From: a virus
Direction: 5' to 3' (one strand)
DNA length: 64,000 nt
Virus record (IMG/VR): IMGVR_UViG_3300021420_000016
Coordinates: 32,001 to 96,000 of that record
Part shown: piece after piece, positions 38,627-46,653 of the stretch
How the letters are laid out: every line of letters begins with the position of its first letter
Position numbering within the stretch: the first letter of the stretch is position 1
Translations under genes and position numbers: made by a program
The notes under the pieces: model-generated
What the model saw: the letters and a program-made list of their open reading frames with translations, nothing else
Databases searched by the model: none
What the model was told of the DNA's origin: nothing

Positions 38627-40315
38627 TTACGCGGCCCGTTCGGCCGATGGCAACAGCCACGGCCAGGTCGCGTCGTGTGAGGCCTCCAGAATGGGGATCA
38701 GGCGGAAGGCGTTGTCGGTAAGCCCGCCCATGGTGTGCCGGTTCCCGCCACCCGAAGGCAGTCCCCCAGTCTTGTACCCGCCGAAGTTCCACAGGTACAC
38801 CGGCACGTGCCGCGGGATCAGGTCATCAATCCTGGTCGACGGCATGCCGCCCGCGAAGTGACAGTTCGACGGCAGGTACCCCGGGGAGGTCTGCTCGTCG
38901 GTGACGATCACCACCCGGTCGTGGTAACCGGCGCGGAAATGCTGCCGCACCGCCGTGGGGATGTCGGTCCCCCACTGCCCCGTGGTGAGCCGCTCCACCA
39001 GCTTGAGCACCGACTCGCCCTGGGTGAACCGCACGGCGGCGTTCACGCCGCGGCCGGTGTCCTGGCCCCAGAACTCCACCAGGTCGGCGTGGGCGGCGCG
39101 CAGGGCGATGGCTGCGGCGAACACGGCCGCCCCGTCGGCCCAGGACATGTCGGAGTGCTCGGACATGTTCTGGTGCCACATCGACGGCGACCGGTCCACC
39201 AGCACCAGCGTGCGGCCCGCCAGCGCGGGCACGTTCGCCAGCGAGTGGCCGAGGCCCTGCTCCAGCGGCCAGCCCCACCGCAGCGACGGGGCGTGCCGGT
39301 AGGCGGCGAGGAACCGGAACGGGAACAGCCGCGACCTGGCCACCCGGTCGGGGTCAGCCAGTTTCGCCGCGACCTCCGCCGCCACCGAGTCCGGGACGCC
39401 GGCCTGGTCGAAGTTCCGCAGGTTCTTCGCCAGCGCGCCCAGGCCCATCATCGGGATCGCCGCAGTCCACGCCTCGCGGGTCATCGGGCCCTGCAGCCAC
39501 CCGGCGAGGGCCTCCCACGTCATCCCCGCATCACGCAGATCCTGAGTTGCCTCCGGCCGGTTCAGCCACGCACGCCGTGCACCCTCCGGCATGGCCATCA
39601 GGGCGTGCCGGCGGCGGATCGTCGCCAGCACCTCCGGGACCGGGTTGCCCCGGTCGTGGCGCCGCTCGATCGCATACCGGTAAAGTGCTTCGCGCCACGT
39701 GCCGTACGCCCTGCGGTGATACCGCGGGTTGACGAGTTCGATAACGTCACCGAATCGCACTGCCGCCTCGTCGGTGTCGTACTTCAGCAGGGCGAACTCG
39801 TTGTAGAGGCGGTGGATCCCGTCGGCGAGGCCCCGCTTGAGCCCGATCGGCATCTTCCGGCCGTAGTTCGCCAGCCAGTAGGCGGTCAGCTCCCCCGGCT
39901 CGTCGGCGCGCTGCAGCACCGAGTCCACCACCGGCCGCGGGAACGTGGCGACGCCCACTTCCCGGCCCGTGCCGGCCTCGTCGCGGCGCGCCCAGGTGAA
40001 CTCCGCCGCGCCGATCACCGGCGCCAGGCGCAGGTTCCCGTCGCCGCGCAGCCACCCGAGCAGGCCGGCCGTCCATGCGGGGTCGGCGGCCGCCATCTCG
40101 CGGACGAGGTGACGGTAGCGCTTCACCCGGGCGTCGCGGCCCTCGTGGAACGCCCTCTCCCCCGGCAGGTTGCACGCCGCCAGGAGGAACAACTCGGACT
40201 GACCCTCGCGGGCATACCCGGGGGCACCCAAGGCGGTACGGCCGGACGGCCCCGGGCCGCTCACGACCGGGCTGGACGCGGCGGCACGGACAGGACCGCG
40301 GTTGAACTTGCTCAT
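38627..40315 (-). CDS. Ro60/Rsr-like TROVE domain RNA-binding protein with vWA domain
   Basis: MSKFN start, QRADEPGE, NLRNFDQAGV, SRLFPFRFLAAY, LVDRSPSM (MIDAS), VTDEQ. Confidence 0.92.
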   Translation of the reverse strand: MSKFNRGPVRAAASSPVVSGPGPSGRTALGAPGYAREGQSELFLLAACNLPGERAFHEGRDARVKRYRHLVREMAAADPAWTAGLLGWLRGDGNLRLAPVIGAAEFTWARRDEAGTGREVGVATFPRPVVDSVLQRADEPGELTAYWLANYGRKMPIGLKRGLADGIHRLYNEFALLKYDTDEAAVRFGDVIELVNPRYHRRAYGTWREALYRYAIERRHDRGNPVPEVLATIRRRHALMAMPEGARRAWLNRPEATQDLRDAGMTWEALAGWLQGPMTREAWTAAIPMMGLGALAKNLRNFDQAGVPDSVAAEVAAKLADPDRVARSRLFPFRFLAAYRHAPSLRWGWPLEQGLGHSLANVPALAGRTLVLVDRSPSMWHQNMSEHSDMSWADGAAVFAAAIALRAAHADLVEFWGQDTGRGVNAAVRFTQGESVLKLVERLTTGQWGTDIPTAVRQHFRAGYHDRVVIVTDEQTSPGYLPSNCHFAGGMPSTRIDDLIPRHVPVYLWNFGGYKTGGLPSGGGNRHTMGGLTDNAFRLIPILEASHDATWPWLLPSAERAA

Positions 40316-40370
40316 CCTCGCACGCCCCCTTTCGCTGGGGCTCCAGGCGGGAGAGGTAACCTTCATGAAT

Positions 40371-40513
40371 GACATGCCCGACAACGAATCGGCCCACGGG
40401 ACATAAGCGCTCTGCCAGTTGAGCTACGCCCCCAAAGTGGAGGCGACAGGACTTGAACCTGTAACCACTCGATCCACAATCGAAGTACCGCGAACCTGCA
40501 CTTCGGGCATGCC
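40371..40513 (-). ncRNA. Y RNA (YrlA-like) 1, T-arm before D-arm
   Basis: Closing stem CATGCCCGA..TCGGGCATG; GGTTCAAGTCC T-loop followed by TAGCTCAACTGGCAGAGC D-arm; directly upstream of Ro60 gene. Confidence 0.8.
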
Positions 40514-40530
40514 TTCATGAAGTTGTACCC

Positions 40531-40673
40531 CCCCCCGACAACGAATCGGCGACGGTAACCGGGGCCGGATTCGAACCGGCGGCCTCCGCCCTTCCGGGCG
40601 GCGCTCTACCAACTGAGCTACCTCGCAAAATGGGTTGGCTGCGAGAAGTAACCGTTGCCTGCACTTCGGGGAG
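40531..40673 (-). ncRNA. Y RNA-like 2, D-arm before T-arm
   Basis: Same CCCGAAGTGCAGG and CCGATTCGTTGTCGGG termini; D-arm, GGAA-tetraloop stem, T-arm. Confidence 0.75.
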
Positions 40674-40696
40674 AAGTGCTTTATTTAGTTTATGTC

Positions 40697-40807
40697 CTTC
40701 CCGACAACGGATCGGCGGCGGCTGCGCGGGATTCGAACCCGCAACCTTCAGCTACTGTGACTGATTTCGATCCAATTCGAAGTAGCCGTCTCCTGCACTT
40801 CGGGAAA
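40697..40807 (-). ncRNA. Y RNA-like 3, T-arm only
   Basis: Same terminal motifs; GCGGGTTCGAATCCCGC T-arm. Confidence 0.7.
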
Positions 40808-40889
40808 GTATTCCCAGAGCCTAGCGAACCGGCAATGCGTGGCGCATCCCGTTTTCGCGTGACCCTGATCACAGCGCGAGCACCCTTTG

Positions 40890-40961
40890 AGTCGGCGGCG
40901 GGAATTGAACCCGCGTGCGCAGCTTTGCAGGCTGCTACCTCTGCCACTCGGCCACGCCGAC
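40890..40961 (-). tRNA. tRNA-Cys(GCA)
   Basis: Cloverleaf; anticodon loop CTGCAAA. Confidence 0.9.
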
Positions 40962-40965
40962 ACGG

Positions 40966-41039
40966 TGAGCGAGGCGGGATTCGAACCCGCAGCCTTCTTC
41001 TTAGGAGGAAGTTGCTCCATCCCGTTGAGCTACCCGCTC
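40966..41039 (-). tRNA. tRNA-Arg(CCT)
   Basis: Cloverleaf; loop CTCCTAA. Confidence 0.88.
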
Positions 41040-41110
41040 GCGGGAACGCCTGGCGACCGCTATGCGTGATCCTTTACCCCCACCGTTTGAAGCTGGGTCC
41101 AGGCGTTCGG

Positions 41111-41182
41111 CGTCCCCGGCGTGACTCGAACACGCGCGCACGGCTCCGGAGGCCACAGCTCTATCCACTGAGCTACGGGGAC
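41111..41182 (-). tRNA. tRNA-Arg(CCG)
   Basis: Cloverleaf; loop CTCCGGA. Confidence 0.85.
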
Positions 41183-41183
41183 T

Positions 41184-41268
41184 TGGTGGCAGGTCCAGGG
41201 TTCGAACCTGGGTAGGCTGAGCCGGCGGTTTTACAGACCGCTCCCTTTGGCCGCTCGGGCAACCTGCC
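41184..41268 (-). tRNA. tRNA-Tyr(GTA)
   Basis: Long variable arm; loop CTGTAAA; encoded CCA. Confidence 0.92.
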
Positions 41269-41269
41269 T

Positions 41270-41347
41270 TGGGGAGCCCGGCCGGATTTGAACCGGCGAC
41301 GACACGGACCACAACCGTGTGTTCTGCCTGGCTGAACTACAGGCTCC
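41270..41347 (-). tRNA. tRNA-His(GTG)
   Basis: Loop TTGTGGT; G-1; encoded CCA. Confidence 0.88.
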
Positions 41348-41348
41348 A

Positions 41349-41423
41349 TGGTGGGTGATGATGGGATCGAACCATCGGCCTCTGTCGTGTGAAGGCAGCG
41401 CTCTGCCACTGAGCTAAACACCC
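41349..41423 (-). tRNA. tRNA-Val(CAC)
   Basis: Loop TTCACAC; encoded CCA. Confidence 0.88.
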
Positions 41424-41511
41424 CTGCCAGGTCTTGATTTAAGTTCCGGGAATGCTTATTGTTTCCTTGCTACTAAAACCCTTAGCAAGTAGCACGGAAA
41501 GGGACACCTCA

Positions 41512-41655
41512 ATGGGCAGGAACAAAATCGTTGCAACTTGCGCCGCAATCTTTTTCGCGGCCGGGATGGCCGCCCCGGTTATCGCCGCAGCCACACCCGC
41601 CGTGCACGCCGTGGCAGACGGCAGTGGCGGCCCCGACATGTACCACCACAGCTGA
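41512..41655 (+). CDS. 47-aa secreted peptide precursor
   Basis: GAAAGGGA RBS; signal peptide followed by short polar tail DGSGGPDMYHHS. Confidence 0.65.
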   Translation: MGRNKIVATCAAIFFAAGMAAPVIAAATPAVHAVADGSGGPDMYHHS

Positions 41656-41716
41656 CCGTCCCCCAGGCCGTCTGCGGTCCCGAGCCCCCGGCGGGGCCGC
41701 AGACCCCTAAAATAAG

Positions 41717-41789
41717 TGCGCTCGGAGGGACTCGAACCCCCAACAAACTGCTCCGTAGGCAGTTGCTCTATCCGTTGAGCTACGGGCGC
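41717..41789 (-). tRNA. tRNA-Arg(ACG)
   Basis: Loop CTACGGA. Confidence 0.9.
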
Positions 41790-41800
41790 ATGGTATCGCG

Positions 41801-41873
41801 TGGGCGTACCTGGGATCGAACCAGGGATCCTCTGCCGTGTCGAGACAGCGCTCTGCCGCTGAGCTACACGCCC
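41801..41873 (-). tRNA. tRNA-Val(GAC)
   Basis: Loop TCGACAC (C33). Confidence 0.85.
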
Positions 41874-42382
41874 ACCGTTACTTCCAGGCCAATCTCGGCG
41901 GCCTGCCCAGCGATCTTCTCCGGCAGTTCCCAGCCGAGCCGGGCCAGCCGCTGCACTGCCTGCCGGGCACCATTCCCGGCCCGGCCCGCTAGGTTCACGT
42001 TCTCCAGTGCCTCGTTCATCATGTCCTCCATCCCCCGGTCGGTCACCATGAACGGAATCACGTTGAACAGCACGACCGCCGCCGCAGCGCCGGTGAGAGT
42101 CCACCGGCCGGTGGATGGCTGGACGCCGATCTCGCAATGGATATGCGCCTCGCCGCAATGCTCGGCGCAGCCCCGCTTGTCCCACTCCTTGCCCGGACGG
42201 GGAGGCCGCGGCTCCGCGTTGCTGTCGGTGAGCCGGCACAACTCCCTGATCACGCTCAGGTAAGAAGAGTCGACCCGCAGCACCAGTTGCGGCGTCGCCC
42301 GGGTGAGGTTGTCCTTCCGGTGGATGCGGCCCTGCATGTCCAAGATGGCCGCCATCCAGGCCAGCTTCTCGGCAGGGACCAT
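41864..42382 (-). CDS. LAGLIDADG-like protein
   Basis: KLAWMAAILDMQG helix; W.LTG..A..VL..VIPFM. Confidence 0.55.
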   Translation of the reverse strand: MVPAEKLAWMAAILDMQGRIHRKDNLTRATPQLVLRVDSSYLSVIRELCRLTDSNAEPRPPRPGKEWDKRGCAEHCGEAHIHCEIGVQPSTGRWTLTGAAAAVVLFNVIPFMVTDRGMEDMMNEALENVNLAGRAGNGARQAVQRLARLGWELPEKIAGQAAEIGLEVTVGV

Positions 42383-42408
42383 AAACCTCAGCCTAGCGCC
42401 GTGATACG

Positions 42409-42483
42409 CGGGACAGGCGGGATTCGAACCCGCGGCCTCCACCTTGACAGGGTGGCGAGCACTCCTGACTGCTCCACAGTCCC
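42409..42483 (-). tRNA. tRNA-Asp(GTC)
   Basis: Loop CTGTCAA. Confidence 0.9.
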
Positions 42484-42600
42484 ATGATTCCGGTCGCGGC
42501 CCCGCAGGCTATCGCGCCTCACCTGCGGTCAGCGGACGGCGAACCCGCCTATGTTTGCCCACCGGAACTGCACCAGCCAGATGCAGGTGTTGGAAAACGG

Positions 42601-42673
42601 CTCCCGAGGAAGGGCTCGAACCTTCAACCTGCCGGTTAACAGCCGGACGCTCTGCCGATTGAGCTACCCGGGA
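42601..42673 (-). tRNA. tRNA-Asn(GTT)
   Basis: Loop CTGTTAA. Confidence 0.9.
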
Positions 42674-42814
42674 ATGAGAAAGAAGCCCCGCCTACACGGA
42701 GCGCCCCGACGGCACTCCCGCCCTTATGCTGCCGTCGCAGCCCCATGGGCACTTGGTCCGCGGCCCGCGCGCCCTGCCTTCGGGTCAAGCCCGTACATCC
42801 TCAGCGGAACTTCG

Positions 42815-42888
42815 TAGCGGGGGGCGGATTTGAACCGCCGTCCTCTGGGTTATGAGCCCAGCGAGCTACCGAACTGCTCCACCCCGCG
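42815..42888 (-). tRNA. initiator tRNA-fMet(CAT)
   Basis: CGCGGGG start with unpaired C1; GGG/CCC anticodon stem; loop CTCATAA. Confidence 0.92.
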
Positions 42889-42976
42889 TCGCATGTGAGA
42901 TTTCCCGGCCACCTGGCCAACTCAGGTACCCACAACGGCCTCTCTACGGCTGACACTGATCACGCTACCACATTCG

Positions 42977-43052
42977 TGGTGGCTCCAGTCAGATTCGAAC
43001 TGACGCCGTCTCCTTGAAAGGGAGGTGACCTGGGCCGCTAGTCGATGGAGTC
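42977..43052 (-). tRNA. tRNA-Glu(TTC)
   Basis: Loop CTTTCAA; encoded CCA. Confidence 0.87.
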
Positions 43053-43053
43053 G

Positions 43054-43126
43054 TATCCCGGGAGGGATTCGAACCCCCGCCGCCACCTTGAGAGAGTGGC
43101 ATCCTAGGCCGCTAGACGACCGGGAC
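43054..43126 (-). tRNA. tRNA-Glu(CTC)
   Basis: Loop CTCTCAA. Confidence 0.9.
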
Positions 43127-43138
43127 ATGTACTTTACG

Positions 43139-43211
43139 TGCGCCGCCGCGGACTCGAACCGCGAGCCGTCTCCTTAGAGGGGAGCCGCTCTATCCATTGA
43201 GCTAGCGGCGC
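43139..43211 (-). tRNA. tRNA-Arg(TCT)
   Basis: Loop CCTCTAA (C33); Arg-type D-loop. Confidence 0.8.
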
Positions 43212-43394
43212 TGGCCGCGTCTCCGATTTCCCGGCGGACGGCTTGCTTCTCGCGTGCACGCTGAGCGCGCCGGCCGATCTCCTTCATACCGGGCTTGTAA
43301 CCCGGGTCGTGACCGGGGCAGCACCAATTCTGGTCGTGGGCACTGCGGGCCCGGCCGAGCATCCTTGCCATGGGGCGCATCCTCCGGTTAGGGG

Positions 43395-43895
43395 CTATGC
43401 CGCTTCGCGCAGAGTGCGCATTCCGCGAGTGCCAGGCGTCTCACCCCGGCGAACCCGGCCATCGTATTTGGCTTGGCGGCATAGACCGCAGCGGCATCCG
43501 CGACCGTATTCCGCTTGAGAACCGTGGCCCTTTCGCTGAAGTTGCGGCCACGGGCGTTCGACACGCTGCTCGGCTAGGTCAGTGACCGTTTTCCGGTGAT
43601 GATGCGCGCCACATAGAACTTGGCACCCTTCAAGCTCCTCAAGGAACTTCACTTCTGCGATCGACCATAGTCTCGCTAGGTCGATCTCTTTGGCGCGCCA
43701 ATCAATGTGGTCGATCTCCAGGTCGGCGGTGCCGCCGCACTCGGCACAGGCGCCGCCTAGCAGCGCGATGGCTCGATCCCGTCGTTCGTGGTAGCGCCGG
43801 AGCATGTAATCGCGCATGTAGCCGTTGTAGCAGTCGCGACATCTCTTGCCGTTGGCATACTCCCTGACGGGCCTGCCGCACTGGTTGCAACACAT
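43395..43895 (-). CDS. HNH endonuclease
   Basis: LGGACAECG..LEIDHID..EL..CQVLC.AHH..KT; HG...Y..GCRC.LC tail. Confidence 0.85.
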   Translation of the reverse strand: MCCNQCGRPVREYANGKRCRDCYNGYMRDYMLRRYHERRDRAIALLGGACAECGGTADLEIDHIDWRAKEIDLARLWSIAEVKFLEELEGCQVLCGAHHHRKTVTDLAEQRVERPWPQLQRKGHGSQAEYGRGCRCGLCRQAKYDGRVRRGETPGTRGMRTLREAA

Positions 43896-43912
43896 GTTCG
43901 AATTATATGCGG

Positions 43913-43986
43913 TGCCCCGCCTCGGATTCGAACCGAGAACCCGCGGATTAAAAGTCCGCTGCTCTAAGCCGTTGAGCTAGCAGGGC
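43913..43986 (-). tRNA. tRNA-Lys(TTT)
   Basis: Loop CTTTTAA. Confidence 0.9.
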
Positions 43987-44045
43987 GTGGGGCTGGGTAT
44001 TCGTACGACCTGTTTCTCGCGCATCGTTTCCTCCTTTCCGGGGGG

Positions 44046-44120
44046 TAGGCCGGGCGGGGGTCGAACCCGCACATCTTCCGCTTATAAGGCGGCTGCCGTC
44101 ACCCTGTTGGCCACCGGCCT
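44046..44120 (-). tRNA. tRNA-Ile(TAT)
   Basis: Loop CTTATAA; atypical D-arm. Confidence 0.75.
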
Positions 44121-44126
44121 CCTGAG

Positions 44127-44198
44127 TAGCGAGAGGGGATTCTGCCACCCCGGCCTCTCCGTTATGGGCGGAGCGCTCTCCTTCTGAGCTATCCCGCT
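44127..44198 (-). tRNA. tRNA-Met(CAT), elongator-type, atypical T-loop
   Basis: Loop CCCATAA (C33); T-loop TGGCAGAAT. Confidence 0.7.
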
Positions 44199-44213
44199 GG
44201 GTCCCCGTGGGGG

Positions 44214-44289
44214 TGGTGGGCCTAGGTGCTTTTGGGACACCGACCTCCCGGTTATCAGCCGGACGCTCTTACCTCTGAGCTACAGGCCC
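44214..44289 (-). tRNA. tRNA-Ile(GAT), atypical T-loop
   Basis: Loop CTGATAA; T-arm GGTGTCCCAAAAGCACC; encoded CCA. Confidence 0.75.
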
Positions 44290-44290
44290 T

Positions 44291-44382
44291 TGGAGGAGGG
44301 TGCGAGATTCGAACTCGCGAGACGAGTCCCCCCGTCTAGCCGTTTTCGAGACGGTGCCGTAGGCCACTCCGGTCAACCCTCC
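44291..44382 (-). tRNA. tRNA-Ser(CGA)
   Basis: Long variable arm; loop CTCGAAA; encoded CCA. Confidence 0.85.
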
Positions 44383-44387
44383 ACAAG

Positions 44388-44476
44388 CGGAGTGACAAGG
44401 ATTCGAACCTTGGAGGGGCTTGCGCCCCAACGGCGTTAGCAGCGCCGCGCCATAGGCCAGACTAGGCGACCACCCC
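44388..44476 (-). tRNA. tRNA-Ser(GCT)
   Basis: Long variable arm; loop CTGCTAA. Confidence 0.88.
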
Positions 44477-44554
44477 ATTGTGCGGTGGGCGGGGACAGGC
44501 GGACCCGCTGGTACGCGCAGACCAGCATGGCCGTGATCTCCCCGCCTCACTGCG

Positions 44555-44630
44555 TAGCGCTCGTCGGATTCGAACCGACACTGTCGCGGACCTGAACCGC
44601 GCGCCTCCTACCATGTTGGGCTAGAGCGCC
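44555..44630 (-). tRNA. tRNA-Leu(CAG), short variable arm
   Basis: Loop TTCAGGT. Confidence 0.8.
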
Positions 44631-44735
44631 TGGCCAGGGATCAGGCCGGTGCCGTCTGGCTCACGCTGCCTTCCCGGCACCGCCGGCTCCGCAGTCAGCG
44701 TGATGGGGATAACCGTGTGGCGCCTGATCCCTTAG

Positions 44736-44808
44736 AGCGGACGGCCGGGATCGAACCGGCGACTTCAACCTTGGCAAGGTTGCGCTCTGCCAACTGAGCC
44801 ACGCCCGC
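44736..44808 (-). tRNA. tRNA-Gly(GCC)
   Basis: Loop TTGCCAA. Confidence 0.92.
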
Positions 44809-44818
44809 ATGTATTTCG

Positions 44819-44890
44819 AGCGGAAGACGGGGATCGAACCCGCAACCCCGACCTTGGGAAGGTCGTGCTCTGCCATTGAGCCACTTCCGC
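44819..44890 (-). tRNA. tRNA-Gly(CCC)
   Basis: Loop TTCCCAA. Confidence 0.92.
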
Positions 44891-44891
44891 A

Positions 44892-44967
44892 TGGAGCCCG
44901 ACCGGGGAATTGAACCCCGCCTACGGCCTTACCAAGGCCGGGTGCTTACCGCTATCACTAGCCGGGC
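44892..44967 (-). tRNA. tRNA-Thr(GGT)
   Basis: Loop TTGGTAA; encoded CCA. Confidence 0.85.
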
Positions 44968-44971
44968 GAAG

Positions 44972-45042
44972 CTGGGGGAGCTGGGGTCGAACCAACGTTC
45001 CAGGGACCAAAGCCCCGTGTCCTGCCTTTAGACGATCCCCCA
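44972..45042 (-). tRNA. tRNA-Gln(TTG)
   Basis: Loop CTTTGGT. Confidence 0.85.
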
Positions 45043-45043
45043 T

Positions 45044-45121
45044 TGGAGCCGGCCATCGGGCTTGAACCGATCACCTGCCGCTTACAGGGCGGCTGCTCTG
45101 CCTGCGATGAGCTAGGCCGGC
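45044..45121 (-). tRNA. tRNA-Thr(TGT)
   Basis: Loop CCTGTAA (C33); encoded CCA. Confidence 0.85.
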
Positions 45122-45187
45122 GTGATCCTGGCAGGCACCGCAGGCGACCTTTGGCGCCGCAGTGAGGCCTGCCCTGCCAAGGAATCG

Positions 45188-45262
45188 TGTGCTCGGAGGG
45201 ACTTGAACCCTCAACATCCGGCACCTCGGGCCGACCTCTCTGCCACATTGGAGTACGAGCAC
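45188..45262 (-). tRNA. tRNA-Leu(GAG), short variable arm
   Basis: Loop CCGAGGT (C33). Confidence 0.78.
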
Positions 45263-45335
45263 TCAGTCAGTTCTTAGGCCAGCCGTATGGTGGGTATGAC
45301 TCATCCCAACGATACCGATCGCAGGGAGCGCCCCC

Positions 45336-45572
45336 GTGGATGAGCCCAATCTCACTCTCCCCGAAGCCCAGGAGCAACTACCGGCGATCTGCCAGCGGTT
45401 CGCTGCCGACCCAGGAACCCGGGATGCCGTTGTAGTGACAGACGCCGATGGCCCAGTGGCCGTGATCATCCCCTGGCGGAGGTACCGGGCCTGGGCCGGC
45501 CTCGGGGGGGAGACCCTGATGCCCGTTCACCAAAACGGCCGCCTGATAGCGGTTGTCCGGGACTGCGGCTGA
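45336..45572 (+). CDS. Phd/YefM-like antitoxin-domain protein
   Basis: L.EAQ.QL..I..VVVT..G.VAVII..Y pattern; no adjacent toxin. Confidence 0.55.
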   Translation: MDEPNLTLPEAQEQLPAICQRFAADPGTRDAVVVTDADGPVAVIIPWRRYRAWAGLGGETLMPVHQNGRLIAVVRDCG

Positions 45573-45577
45573 CTGGG

Positions 45578-45650
45578 AGCCCGATGCCGGGGTCGAACCG
45601 GCGACCTCCGCGGTACGAAGGCGGCGCTCTACCGACTGAGCTAACCGGGC
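45578..45650 (-). tRNA. tRNA-Thr(CGT)
   Basis: Loop TTCGTAC. Confidence 0.85.
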
Positions 45651-45802
45651 GTGGCTGCCCCGCGTACGCCGGTTCGGCGGGGCGCACCAGGGCGGGAGAA
45701 TCCGGGGCCGTGCGATCAGCCGCCCAAGATCGCCTCGATCTTCCATGTTCCCGGTGATCAACTCCGGGTGGGCCCCTGCGCCAGTGCCGGCCAGTTACCT
45801 TC

Positions 45803-46477
45803 TTAGGGATTCCTGGCCGCTGATGCAACCGGCGCTGCTCCCGGAGCTGGGGTCGAACCAACTACGGGACTTACCGCTTCCGGGGCTGGACTCGAACCAG
45901 CGAGGACAGGGGCCAGAACCCTGCTGGGGACGCCGCCGCCCCACCCGGAATCAAGTCGGCCCGAACGGATAGCCGTACGGATCCGATGACAATTAGCGCA
46001 AACTATGTCACACTTCGCGATCTCAGCAAGGATTCTGCTCCATGACCAGCGGGTAAGCACGGCACTTATGTTGCCCAGCTTGTCATCCCCATCCCTGTGG
46101 TCGTAATCCATAACACAAGGGGGGAACCGGCCACCGCAATCAGCGCACGGGACGTCTTTCAATGCGTCGAGTCGCTGCCGGTTCGCCTCGTATCGTTGCC
46201 GGTTGCGGTCCAGATATACCTGCTTGTTGTCGTTGTACCACCGTTGCTTCGCCGCCCGCTGTGCTTCTTTGTTACGGCCGGCACCGGTCCCTTTCTTCCA
46301 CCGGACCCCGAGAAAATGTGAAGTATCCAGGCCCAGCTCTGCGGCTACCGCCCTGATTCTGTGGTATGAACTACCTCCGTCAGCCTTAAGTCCAAGCGCT
46401 CGGGCTACCTGGCCCCAAGTCGTGGATTGAGTGATGGCATCAGCTAGATCGCCGTCGGACCATGACCTGGTTCTCAT
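45803..46477 (-). CDS. HNH endonuclease inserted in tRNA-Gln
   Basis: CADCG..MDYDH..EIAKCDIVCANCHRIRT; N-terminal DTSHF motif; lower GC. Confidence 0.85.
   Translation of the reverse strand: MRTRSWSDGDLADAITQSTTWGQVARALGLKADGGSSYHRIRAVAAELGLDTSHFLGVRWKKGTGAGRNKEAQRAAKQRWYNDNKQVYLDRNRQRYEANRQRLDALKDVPCADCGGRFPPCVMDYDHRDGDDKLGNISAVLTRWSWSRILAEIAKCDIVCANCHRIRTAIRSGRLDSGWGGGVPSRVLAPVLAGSSPAPEAVSPVVGSTPAPGAAPVASAARNP
45838..45864 (-). pseudogene. 3' half (T-arm and acceptor strand) of split tRNA-Gln(CTG)
   Basis: GTTGGTTCGACCCCAGC-TCCGGGA-G; pairs with TCCCGGA at 46555-46561. Confidence 0.8.
45877..45950 (-). tRNA. tRNA-Gln(CTG), atypical D-arm, inside the insertion
   Basis: TTCCGGG/CCCGGAA acceptor stem; loop TTCTGGC; GGTTCGAGTCC T-loop. 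Confidence 0.75.
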
Positions 46478-46517
46478 GCCTGCCAGTATACGGCAAGGTG
46501 TAGGGCTCTAGTCGCTT

Positions 46518-46561
46518 CGTCTGATCCAGAGTCAGGTGTCCTGCCATTGGACGATCCGGGA
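46518..46561 (-). pseudogene. 5' part (acceptor strand, D-arm, anticodon arm) of split tRNA-Gln(CTG)
   Basis: TCCCGGATCGTCCAATGGCAGGACACCTGACTCTGGATCAGA; no T-arm follows. Confidence 0.8.
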
Positions 46562-46565
46562 TTAG

Positions 46566-46647
46566 TGCGGGACGAGGGATTTGAACCCTCACGCCCTCTC
46601 GGGCACACGGACTTGAGCCGTGCGTGTCTGCGTTTCACCAGCCCCGC
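46566..46647 (-). tRNA. tRNA-Leu(CAA)
   Basis: Long variable arm; loop CTCAAGT. Confidence 0.85.
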
Positions 46648-46653
46648 TGGCCT

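Noticed and set aside
40371-40807. Decayed tRNA pseudogenes or a second CRISPR array
   Set aside because: Shared paired termini, variable interiors and adjacency to Ro60 fit Y RNAs better.
43139-43211. Possible amber suppressor tRNA (CTA within the loop)
   Set aside because: Stem pairing gives a 7-nt loop CCTCTAA with TCT central, and the D-loop is Arg-type; genes in the window use TAG as a normal stop.
45336-45572. Complete toxin-antitoxin module
   Set aside because: Only an antitoxin-like ORF is present; its neighbours are tRNA genes.
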